62,858 bases of DNA from Candidatus Omnitrophota bacterium (GTDB lineage Bacteria > Omnitrophota > Omnitrophia > Omnitrophales > Aquincolibacteriaceae): positions 1 through 62,858 of the forward strand of contig JBAYVF010000008.1 of assembly GCA_041674705.1 (NCBI GenBank), in the 5' to 3' direction. The translations under genes were made by a program, and so were the position numbers. The notes under the pieces are model-generated. The model had not been told where the DNA came from and searched no databases. It was given only the letters and a program-made list of their open reading frames with translations. Below are positions 20,601 through 32,600 of this stretch, piece by piece. Each line of letters begins with the position of its first letter. Position 1 is the first letter of the stretch.

Positions 20601-23600
20601 CGGATCGAAGAGCTGGAAACGCAACTTGCGGAGAAGGGAAGGTACCTCCCGTATGTGGCAAGCAAAACCCCCGTGAGCCGGCTGTTGAATACCGGGATCT
20701 ATGGCAAAAACTACAAGCCGGACCGGACGCTCATGTTCTCGTTTGATCTGGGCGAGATCTTTATGGCGTTATCGCAAAAAGTAAGGAACGTGATCGCCGA
20801 CCGTTCTCAGGCGAAGAAAGACAAAGTCCAGGAAGCTGCCGCCCAGGAGCTTCTTCAGAAGGCCTCCGTTTGCGCTCAAACGGAAGAAGAGATCCAGGCG
20901 ATTCTTCCTCGACTCGGACCGGAACGGGAGCAATTCCTCAACATTGTGACCCGGCTCCAGGCGTACGACGAATTCACCGCAAAAGACCGGGATATCGCGC
21001 TTGAGCAGATCGGGCGTTTGAATCGTGAGGCGGCGGAACTTCTTCAACGCTGGATCGCGGCCCGCGAGGATCTGAATAATGTCCAAAAAGGGTTTTCATT
21101 CCGGATCGAAACAAAGCGGTTCGCGGCCGGGCAAGAGATCGAAACGGGAGCGTTGGAGGCCCTGACGGAAGATCAGCTCAAAAAACATCCTGATGTCAAT
21201 TATGTCACCAAGCTTTTTGACGAAGCCGAGAAAAACGCGCGCAAAACTCTTTTGGAGGGTTTCAACGCCTGGTACGAAGTTGGTGAGGCGGACAATCTGG
21301 ACGGGACAAAGTCGGTTGCGGGGTTATCGGTTCCGCTTTGGGGATACGGGAAGCAAAGCCGGAGAGGCATCGCAAGAAAAAATGTCCAGATCCAGAAAGA
21401 AGCCGTGGACGAAGTCATGCGCCAGGTCAAGTCCGACTTCGAAGCTGTAAAAGTCGAATATAACACCAACCGGGATATTCTGAGAGAGCGGGAGCGTGCG
21501 GCCAAGGTGGCTTCTCCGACGGAATTGAAATCCCGCGAAAAAGCCATGAATGAGCAGAATACCGTGAGCGGAGACTACTCAAGTTCTCTGGACCAGTGGG
21601 CGGCCGCTGTTAAGTCGGCGTCGGCCGCGAGGGTGGACTATTACCGTTCTTCGGCTAAATTGATCCACATCTTGGATCTCTTCAAGGTGCCCGTGAAACA
21701 AACCGGTCCTGTTACAGAAGTGCCCGGGCCTTCCACGCCGGCACCGGCTACGCCGGAAGAAATAGCGAAAAAAGAAGCGGATGCCCTGACGGCAGCGATC
21801 GCAAGCGTCATGTCAAAAGACGTGCCGTACGGGAACGTGGAGTCGCCGGAAGTTGTGTCGAACAAGTCGCTTTCTTATGGCAAGGATTCTGAGACGAAGG
21901 CCGGCGAGGTGATGACAAAGATCTTTCACCGGACGCTGCCGGAAGAGCTTGCGCTTGAAGTGAAGAAGATCCCGGCGAAGATCGAGGCGCAGAAAAAAAT
22001 CGTGCAGACGGCGAAAGCGGTAGCGAATGAGGCAACAACAGCCTATCAGAACTATGTGACAGACCATTCAAGACCTTTTGTCAAGTTCCTGGGGATCAGG
22101 ATCCGTTGGGCTTGGGTCCTGAAGCTGGTTCCCGAATCCTGGATCCGGACGAAAATGGATGCCGCGGAATTGAAAAAAGCGGAGGAGTTGAAAAAGGATC
22201 AGGAACAGAAACGCGGAGAATTTTCCAAGGCCGAAGAGAGCCTGAGAGGGTTTGAGAAAGAGCTTCGTGAAAAGACGGCTGAAATCGACGAAATGAAGAA
22301 AATCCGGGTCCTTCTTGCCAATATCCTTGGCCGTTACGGCCAACGCCTTATGGTGCAACGCCCTGATTGGGTGGAGCATATCATCAGTCTCTCGGAAGGG
22401 CTCGGCGATGGGTTCATTCCGGAATTTTTCAAAAATGATAAAGAATCGCAGGAAAAAGATAAAAAGAAAGATGTGACAGAAAAAAAAGAGGATCCGGCCG
22501 GACCGTTGCTGGCATTGTGGGGGCGCCAGATCGAATTGCCCTCGCCGATGCTTTTTACGGACAGCCAGCTGCTTCAAAAATACAATGTGAATTTGAAGTT
22601 GATCGGGTTTTTGAATTTCTTTGCCCGCTTTGGAGATAAGCTCGATAAAGATCCGGAATTTTTCGCAAAATACAAAAGTGACCTATACGACAGGAGCGAC
22701 AAAGCCGACAAGAGCGCTGAAGCTCGGAAAAAGGATAGAGACCAGTGGATTCAGGAGCTGGTGGCTTCTTTGCCGACGGTGCGTGATTTTGTGGAGATCT
22801 ATCGTTCCAGTAATCCAAACCTTGAACCGCATAAACTTCTCGCGAATGATCCGAAAGATCTCGGGAGTTACATCTCTGGATGGGCCCTTTACGCGAAATT
22901 GACGGGTTTTAAGATCACTCGGGGGATGTCCTCTGAGAGCGTGATCTCCTGGATGAAAGAGAACCAGGAGGCGATGGGGGCCATGATGAAAGGTCTCAGC
23001 TTTAATAATCTGGTAGTGAAGGTCGAAGCCCAGGATGTGCCGCCGCAAGATCTGATGGAGGGTTTGAAGCCCATGGCGTTGGCCCATACCATTGATACGG
23101 GGGAACGAACCACGACGGATCAGGATTCTCACATGATGGATGTGGCCACAGTCACCGCAGTGAATTTTGACCGCTTCTTGAAAAACCGGAAATCACCGGA
23201 ACAAGAGCTGGACATGGGACGCGTTAATAGCCGTATCCGGCAGGCGGTCAAGACAGCTTTTAACGAAAAGATCTGGGCCGAGGTGGATGTCCGGCGTCAG
23301 CCGGGAGCCTCTTTCCTGCGAGACAGGAAACCCCGCCAGGGAGAGCCTGAGGGTCCCGAGGATGTTCTTTATGACACAGTTTATGCGAGTGTCGAAAAGG
23401 CGCTGACCGGGGGAGTTGCCGGTGGGTACGAGAACATCATTCTTGCCGGTGTTCATATTGACAATCAGGAAGCCCGGCAAAAATGGGTGAGTATGCCTTT
23501 GGACGAAAGGGTTACGCGCATCGAAGAACTCATCAGTATTGCCGGTGATCTTGTGGAGCCTCTCGAAAAGCTTTATGGAAAACTCGATATTTGGTCCCCG

Positions 23601-26600
23601 GATGGTCGGGATATGGGGATCCTCATGGCCCACGCGCAATTTGTTCAGATGATCACGGGGCACGAAAAAGGCCAGCGCGCGGCTGAGAAATACGCGGCAG
23701 GCGGGGATCTGACCCGAAGCGAGCTCGATGAAAAGATCGACTATGAGCGCTGGAAATTTAAAGACAAAGAAAAGAAGATCGAATCCACGAAAGAAGAACG
23801 GCGTGACGAATACATTCGACGGATCAAGCTGCTAACCGATCTTCGCGACGCTCCCGAGACCCGAGACATTTGGGATAAAATGGGCCAGGTTTTTACGGTG
23901 ATGCATCCCGGCGTTCCTGCAGATCTTCGGTCAGGAGACGGCGCGTTTCTTGGTTTTCTTCTCAACGAAGTGGCCCAGGCGAATGATAAGGATAAACCTA
24001 AAGAAACGCCGGAGCAGATGCGGACTAAATATGAAAACATTTTGAGACTCACAGGTTCGCCTGTTTCTCTTATAGGGACGCCTTCTTATATTTTTTCGCC
24101 TTCTTCCTCTTACGCGGAATACTTGCAAGAGCTCGGAAAAGAGGGTGATCTCCAATCGATTCTCAGAGAGCTTTCGGATGCGATCACGGGACTTTCTGAC
24201 GAGATCCAGAGCCTTTCCCGCGAGATTGCTGTTGAAAAAGGTCAGGTTCCACCGGCTGACAAAGTCGAGGCCTACAAAAAGGCTGTCAAAGATTACAACG
24301 GAAAGATCAGGGATTACAACGACCTGGTCGGCAGGCTTACTGCCGTTGCGCGGACACTTCCCGACAATTTTGAGACCCTCTACGCTGAACGAGCGGCGGT
24401 TTTGAAACTTTTAAAAGAGAGGTATGGGCGCGGATCATTAAAGGCGCTTCAATTGTGGATGCAAGCGATCTATGAAGAGGTCCATACGGCGTCTCTTGAG
24501 CCTGGGAAACCCGCAAAAAGTTTTTGGGACATTGAGAGAGAGGTTTTTGATTTTCTTCCAAGAATGCGCTACGGGGAGGAGACAAAAGACTCTCGTGTCC
24601 AAAAACTATTGAAAAAGGAATCAGACGAAAATTTTCCGTTAGCACTGGTGGAAGGGGAAGTTGCAGGGCTTGTGCTTTTGTTGAATGACCTTGGGATTAA
24701 GGATCCTGCCGCGATGCAGGGCGCGGAAAGCAGGCGGATCATCAACGACTACTTTGAAAAAGGGCTCAGGCCGAGCAATGGGTATCCCTCATTTCGGCAA
24801 ATGCTCTGGCCGGAAGTCCAGCAGCAGTTGAAATATTTGAAGCAGTCTCTTTCGCTGAACGAACCGGACATTGCGTTGGCCCTGGAGGATCCGGGAAAAC
24901 AGCAGATGCTTTATTACGTCATTGCCAAACAGGGCCAATTGGGAGTTGCGAGTTATTGGATTAAATACATTGATATGGCGAAGAGTCGCAAGGATATGAG
25001 CGCTCCTCCCACGTTTAAAAAATACAAAGAGATGATTGAAAGAGCTCGGAAGAGCTGGGAGCTTTCGGATACATATCTGGCGAGTTTTGGATTCGAAGTT
25101 ACGCCTGCGGATATCGACAGTGTAGTGTCTAATCCTAAGGTTAAGACCGCAGAATTGGAAGAGTATTTTAAGTTCGGGCGAGTATTTCTGGCGCTTGCAA
25201 AAGGCGATATCGATAGCATTCCAAAGGAATATGCGGATCTTATGGACCCGAAATTCAAAAAGGAAGTCGCGAAGTCGAACATGGGGCGTCTTCTGACCTT
25301 TGATGAAATGAGCGGCTACATCACGATGTTGCGAAGCATGAAAGGCAATTACTACCAGGGGCACCTGCTTCCCCAAGTAGCATTTTCATTAATAGGACCG
25401 AGTAAAATTGCAAATGTGGATTCTTTAGACCCCAAACGTTTGTATGCTTTGTCAGCTGGTATGGAAGGAGAAAAATCGCGAGCGTTGTTCAACGCGATGA
25501 TCTGGAAGTTTTCCAGGAATCTGTTGCTGGAATATCCTGGCTCTCAGGGTTCGGTGGATACGAACCTTTACTCATATTTGGAATTTTTGATGAAAGAGAT
25601 CGAACAAAAGAATGCGGGGATGTCTCCCGAGAATGTTCGCGTGACTGCAGCAGGGCTTTTCGATTTTTCAAGAAAAATAAAGAATGCCATGCGCAGTGAA
25701 TGGTTTGAAAGACAGATCGTTTTTGACAAATCAATTGACAAAAACGACGACCAAATGAACCGCATTATTGAATTGAGGCTTCTGACCCGTCCGGCCAAAC
25801 GCGAACTGATTACGAACGAAGAAAGAGTTGCTCTTTACGGTAAGGATTGGGAAAAACAGGATGAGAAGGACAGAAGGCCGAATAGGGAGGCTTTTGTAGA
25901 TTATCTCTTGGAGCAGAATCATTTTTACAGCATGAAAGCTCCTTGGACTTCCTTGATTTCTAAGAAGCGTCGGGACGAATTAGCTAAAATGGACCCGGAA
26001 GTTTCGAATGCGGTGATCAATGACACCAAGGTGTTGATGCGGATGTTCGTCGTTGGCTGGCAGGTCCGGCCTGTGGTCGACGACTTGATGGCCGGGGTTA
26101 TGAACGTCCGTTCGAACGGCGAAGGAGTTCGCTTTCTTAAGGCCGAAGAAGCTGTTCTACGGCGATATCTGGATATCTCGATGAATCCTCCGAAAGCTGT
26201 TGTATTTACGGACAAAGAAAAAGAACTGACCGACGCTGATTTTCTGAGACAAGAAATTAACACGGCGGCGGTGCCGATGGCTGATGAAGATCTCATGAAA
26301 TGGGAGAAGGCGTTAAAGCGCGGCGAGATTAGCCGTGAAAAAGTTCGCCAGATCTTTTCAGATATTCATGATTTCCGAAAAGTTTTTGAAGAGCAAAAGA
26401 TTTCGATGCCATTAGAAAGAATTTTGCGGGTGATTGAGGTGGGGCGGTCGGTGTCGTTGAGTCACGCCGGGATACTTGAACCGCGCGGCTTGGAACTCCT
26501 TACGGAGGAGGAGGCGAAAAATCGTGACGCTTTCTATGAATCCCAGGATACGGAGTTAGCCAATGATTCGCAGGACCTCTTTTTCAATAATTTCGTTCTG

Positions 26601-29600
26601 AAAAACAATCCTCAAGTAAAAGAAAAAATGGCGAAGGACGAATCGGGGAAACCCCTGACGCCAAAAGCCTACGAACTTTTCCTGTCGTCTCCGGAAAGGA
26701 TCAAAACCGGAATTCAATCGGGATTCAGTCTCATTTTCATCGGGATCATGGCGGTAGTGGCATTTCTGGTTATTGCGGGTGCCGCATTGGATCTGCGGCG
26801 CCGTAAAGCGCAGGCGGTCGATCGATCGCGTACCGGAGCCGACAGGCCGGAATTGATCCGGACGAATCGCCGGGAGAAAACTGGACAAGTTCGTTCGGAA
26901 GTCCGGACCCCGCCTGTTGAGGTGGAACAGAAGCGTTCCGAAGTCCGGATCGAGTCCGAACTGCAAGCCGCTGGTGTTACCAAACCGCGCATTCCCGAGT
27001 CTTTCAATAAAGGGCCGGGTTCGATGACTGCGCGCGGATGGTTTTATATGTTTCTTCACTTTGCGATCGCAGGGCTCTTTGTGTACGCGGTATTCGGGGT
27101 GATGGATCTGTCCAACACTTCGATGATGGGAGCCGCTTTCGAATTGGCATGGGATTTTTTTCTTGGCCTCGGCCTCGCCCACCGCTTGACGGCATTTTTG
27201 TCAACTCAAGTCCATCACATTCGGGCGAAAATGGGCGGGTCGCGATCGAGCCGCGATGCGGTCGAACGTCCCGAGGCCGACAAATTCACTCCTGTCCTTA
27301 AAGAGAAAAAATCCTTCGAGTTTTCTGTCCGTGATTTTAAAGGAGATTTTGATGCCAATTCGTTGAAGGGTAATGGCCTGGCTGATGGGTGGGACCATGG
27401 AGAAGCTGGGGGTAAAGTAGGTCTCGATACGGTACGAGCTAAAGGAAGCTCGGCTACCAAAGAAGAATGGGCTACAGCGCTCAACGAGGTTTTGAAAGGC
27501 CGGATGAGGAGTGCGGATTATGCGGCGGCTGAATCCAATGAGTCGGTTTTGAACAGTCTCAGTGATGACGAACAGGCCCTTTTGAAAAAAGCGAAAAATG
27601 CTGCAGCCAATGTGAAGAACGTTGAGGAATTAACGCGTCTCAATAGACGATTGCTAGAGGCTTTTTATCCGCAACAATTCAATAAAGTCTACGAACGCTA
27701 TTGGGATATGGATAAGAATGAAGAAATCTTTGTCAAAAACAATGTGATCCTGACTGGTGTCGGAGCCGAAACGGCCCGGCAGGCGGCTTTGGCGGCGCGC
27801 GCGACGAATCCCTTGCCTGTTTTTAATACTGAGCCGATCACTCGCGAGGCGGGTGATGCGAAAGAAATATTCATGAAAGGCGAGAACAACCGGATCGTTT
27901 CACTCAGAAGCCCTGAAGGGCAAAACATTTTTGCGATCGCCAAGGGCCATAAAGTGGCTCACGCCTACTTCCGTTTCAATCTTATGAATTTACCGGGTTG
28001 CGGAAGTAAAAAACTTTTAAATCAGGAAGAGGAGAGCCTTCCAGAAAAAGAAAAAAAAGAGCTTTTGGAAAAGAAGCAGAAGGCTCATGCGGCGCAGCTC
28101 TATGAGTTCTTTGGGGAAGCTTTTAAGAACGACTGGAGTTTGGATTATGCGGAGGCGGAATTCCAGCGCCGGATCAAGGAAGTGTGGACGGGCGCGAATG
28201 ACAGCTTCAAATGGGAGTGGATGAAGGATGACAATGGTGATGACTTGGTTCTTGCGAAAGCGTTCGCGGATTATTATTTTCTCCGGAATATTATCCGTTC
28301 GGCCGCGAATAATCTGGACCCGAGAGGGAACACGACACTTGCGGTCGTGACTGAAAAAGAAGGCGCCATGATCGATAAGGCGAGGAAATACCGGCAAGAC
28401 TCGGCCAATATCGATGCCCTTCTGAGTAGTCCTGAAGCTAAAACTCGGGTCGAGGTGCTGGAAAAGAGCAAAAAGAACAATGGTCGGATCTCGCAGGACG
28501 ACGAAGCTTGGCTGAAGGACTATAACGACAAGAAAGGCTGGAAGGACAACGAAAAGACATTCAGATTTGTCAGTGATGCGCTTGATTATGCCAGACGCCA
28601 GCTTGTGACCATCGGACAGAGCCGGTTTGGGAGCGATTTTTATAAGGCGGATTCAACAGACCAGAAAACCAGGATAGGCCGACAGCTTATTTATTGGATG
28701 CCTCTTTCCGATGTGATTCTGGAAAAGAAACAAGGCTACATTCTCGCCTTTCTGGATTATGTGAACGGGCAGAATGGAGCTCCTGTTGTGGAAAAAGGTC
28801 AGGCGGTCCCGATGAACCGGCATTTCGGGCGAGTCAATGATCGGGCGGCGCATGCTTGGATCGGCGTTGTAGGAATTCTCTTTGGCGTGGGAACTTTCTT
28901 TGGACTTATTCCTGTGGTCACCATGCTCCTGGAAGGGGTTGTTCTCGGCACAGCGCCCGCTGTGTTGATCAGCTTGGGGATGGCTTGGATCGGGCTCATC
29001 GCGGGACGTTACTTGATCAATTTACTGGCGCAGTCGCAGACAGCCGATGGGACGTTCTTTTACGAGACGAACAGCCGTGGGGCGAAGTTTCTCAGAGCGA
29101 TCGGATGGTTGCGTCCCTCGAATATGAAACAGACGGGGCGGGCGGACCGGTATTTTGTGGATGAGATTTACGATGACCCCGGTTCTATTTTTGGAATGGA
29201 CCCTGACCATTTATTGAGAATGAAGCGCAAAGTCGGGATGAAACTCATGCCTGTTCGCGAAGAATATTCCCGACCGGCGGCATGGCTCCGTAAGCTTTTG
29301 CGCAAACAGGTCAACCCAGAGCGCATGGAAATGGTCCAGCAATTTGAGCTGAACCCGGATGGCAGCGCCTATATGTTCTCGGCGGATGATAAGAATGTTT
29401 TGGGGGACCCTCCGGATCGTCCCAAGTACGCGACAGAGGACCCTTCGCTTCTTTTCCCGACCCGGAAACTGATCGAAGTGGCGACGAACAAGTACAACTG
29501 GGCGGGGATCATTGTCCCGCGAACCAAGATTGTTACGGACCCGAAAGAAAGAACGGGTTATTCATCCACGAACGATTTCTTCGGAGAGCTCGGCATTTTT

Positions 29601-32600
29601 TATGCGTATGCGCTTCAGCTAATCCGCGGCCGCGGAAATTTTACCGGTAAAGCGCTGATGAATCTTACGGTGGTCTACGGACACGGGGATCGTCGGAATA
29701 GCCCGACGCGTTGGTGGGCCCCCACCGCCGGCCTTTTGGCTGGTTTTGCGGTCGGGTTCATGATTTGGATGACCTTGGGGCAAGTGGTAATCTTGCCGCT
29801 GGCTTTTTGGCTTTTTGGATCTATGAATGCCGCGGTTTTTGCTGCGCTGTTTTTCTCCTGCGCAACGGGAGGTTCCTACGGACTCGTCAAGTTCAAGCAG
29901 CTGAGCCATGACTACCGCGAGGGAGATACGGCCGGAGCCGTGTATGTCACTAATGCAGCGATCACCGAGCCTTCCACGGACACTTTTTTTGCGGCCGTCG
30001 GACGTGGCTTTGTCCGTTGGGGGCAAGGCGATATGATGCGCGGGGATGAGATCTTTGCGGCAGGAACGCCGATGGGTGCACGGTGGATGAATCTTGTGGC
30101 CCTCGCGGGGTACCTGGAGCCTGTGATCTTCGGATTCTGGATCATCAAGCGCTTCTTCATCGACCCGTCTTTTTCAGGTCTTTCAAACATTTATTCTCTC
30201 GGGTTTCACAAAGTGGCAGAGTGGATGATCGTACCCGGGATTCTGAGCCCGCTGACCGTAGGGATTATTGTCGGGATATTAGCAGCACTTTTGATCATCG
30301 GATTTATTCAGCGAAAAGGTGAGCAGGCTAGCCACGCATCTACAAGGAAGCCTCTCCAGGGTTGGAGCCGCGCAGCAATGCCGCTCATTCTCACCGCGCT
30401 GTCTACGTTATTGGCAATCATCCTCTCTCCGGCATGGGCGGGTTTTTTCGGAGTTCAAGCAGGTGTGATCTTGTTTTCCTATTCGTTTACACTGCTTCTT
30501 GAGAACGAAAAGGTGGGGAACAAGCTTTCGTCTTGGATTCCGCCGTTTCTTAAAAAACTTCTTAACATTGAAAAAGGTTCGATCGCGAATCAAATGAATG
30601 GAAAAATCTACTATTTTGTTTTGGCTCCGTTAGTGGTTTTGGGCTCAATTTTATTTTTTGTCTTGATTGTTTCGTCCGGAGTTGTGCAGTTGCCAATGTC
30701 TGCACTGTCGCTTATTTTTATCGCGGTGATGTATCAGGTGCTTGTTTTTCCGGTGTTCTTTGGCAGCCTTTCCGGGATGTACTGGAATAAATTTTCCGGC
30801 TTTATTAAAACGACCACTACGGGATTGTCAGATGTCTTTCTGCATCTGCGGTTTACCTTCTGGGAAAATTCGTGGAAGCTTTTTATGGTAGGTCACCAGG
30901 ATACGGGTCGTGCGTGGTTCATGTCGACCGGAGCGACCATCGGGCAGTGGCTCATCTGGACCTTGCGCTTGGGGATCGTTCTTGTCCCGCTTTCATTTAT
31001 CGTGTTGCCCATGTTCGGGTTGCCCACGCTGGCCAGTCTTGCCGTAGCCGGACTGGCAAAACTGAGCTTTGTTAATTTTGTGATTACGTCCAAACTGACG
31101 GCAGTTCCGCTGGCCGCCAAGGTCTTGGCCGTTGTAAAAATGTCTCTTCCCGGGTTGATGGCGTTTTGGATCAGCTATGCCTATGTTCGTTACGCATTCA
31201 AATTCACGCGGATGCTGGAAGTGGCTCTAAGGAATCAACAGCTGCCGTGGACCACCTTCTCACAGGGAGGCGGTAAAAAGAAGACGCTGCTTGAATCTTA
31301 CCAGTTTTATATCGCTTCGCTTATCGCGGCGGTCGCCGCCGTTGCTTTGGGCGTTTTTACTCATACTAACTTCTATATCTTTTTGTTCGGAGCGCCCTTC
31401 CTTTGGTCATGGTCATTCGCGCCCTGGGTGTCGTGGCTCGACCAGTTCCCTTTGCCGCCGAATTACCCCAACTTTGATGCGAAGGGGAAGCGTTGGGTGA
31501 GAGTTAAATGGCGTTTTATTCATGTGGTTAATGTCATTTCTAAGGAGCTTTCCGGTTCGGAGATCATCGATGTGAAACGCGTCGAAGATGCCGAAAAAAG
31601 TGGACGTTCTTCATTCAGGCATTCGTTTCTTGGATCTTTAAAATTTTCCACAGATGATCTCGAAGGGGATTTTGATTCTAATTCCTTGACGGGGACGGGG
31701 TTGCCCGGAGGGTTGTCTGCGGGATGGGACCAGGGCGCACTTGCTTCTGTAGAGAATAAGCGTAAAGCGATTTTGGAGAAAATCATGGAAATTACAGAAG
31801 GCTCCACAATTGTTCCTGCGTATGATTCTGTAAAGGCTGTTTTGGCGGATGGATGGGACCATGGAGAACATCGCGACAAGGATGGCCTCAACGCAGTACG
31901 GGCTAAAGGAAGTTTTGTCACTAAAGTGGAATGGGATTCCGCAATAAACGAGGTTCTGAGGGTCCGGATGCCTATTGGAGCTTACCGGAATGTTCAGGCC
32001 AATGCCGCCCTATTCAGCAAGCTTGATCCTGAGACTCGGGCTCTCCTCACAAAGGCTTTGGATGCGGATCCCGATGCGACTATGACGGAAGAGGAGTTAA
32101 TTCGCTTGAACAGAAAGCTGTTGGGTGTCATTTTTCCAAAAATTCTATCAAAGAGCATCACGGCTCCAGGTCAGATCAAAAAAGAAATTGACGGGAAAAG
32201 AAAACAGCTCGACGAGGCAAAGGCGAAGCTTGAAAGTATAAAAACTGCTACCGAAGAAGAATGGGTGAAGGCGGAAGCGGTTCTAGAAAAGTCAAAAAAA
32301 GAACTGGAAAAGTCACAACAAGAACTGGAAAAGTCAGAACAAGATCTGAAGAAAGCTAAGGATGAGTTGAAAAATTATAAAAAAGGATGGGCCGAAGCGC
32401 TCAACCCGATCCTGAAAGTCAGGATGCTCAGCGAGGATTATCAGGCGGTTCAGGAGAATTCCTTACTACTGAAAGGTTTCGATAAGGAGGTCAGGGCTCT
32501 GCTGGCGAAGGCGCTGAAGATTCCGGTTGATGAAATGACTGAAACGGAATTGGAACAATTGAATAGGCGAATATTAGAAGCTGTTTATCCCCAGAAAATC

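Noticed and set aside
32296-32356. 21-bp tandem repeat (ELEKSQQ/ELEKSEQ) as a separate element
   Set aside because: It is a simple heptad expansion of a coiled coil inside G2.
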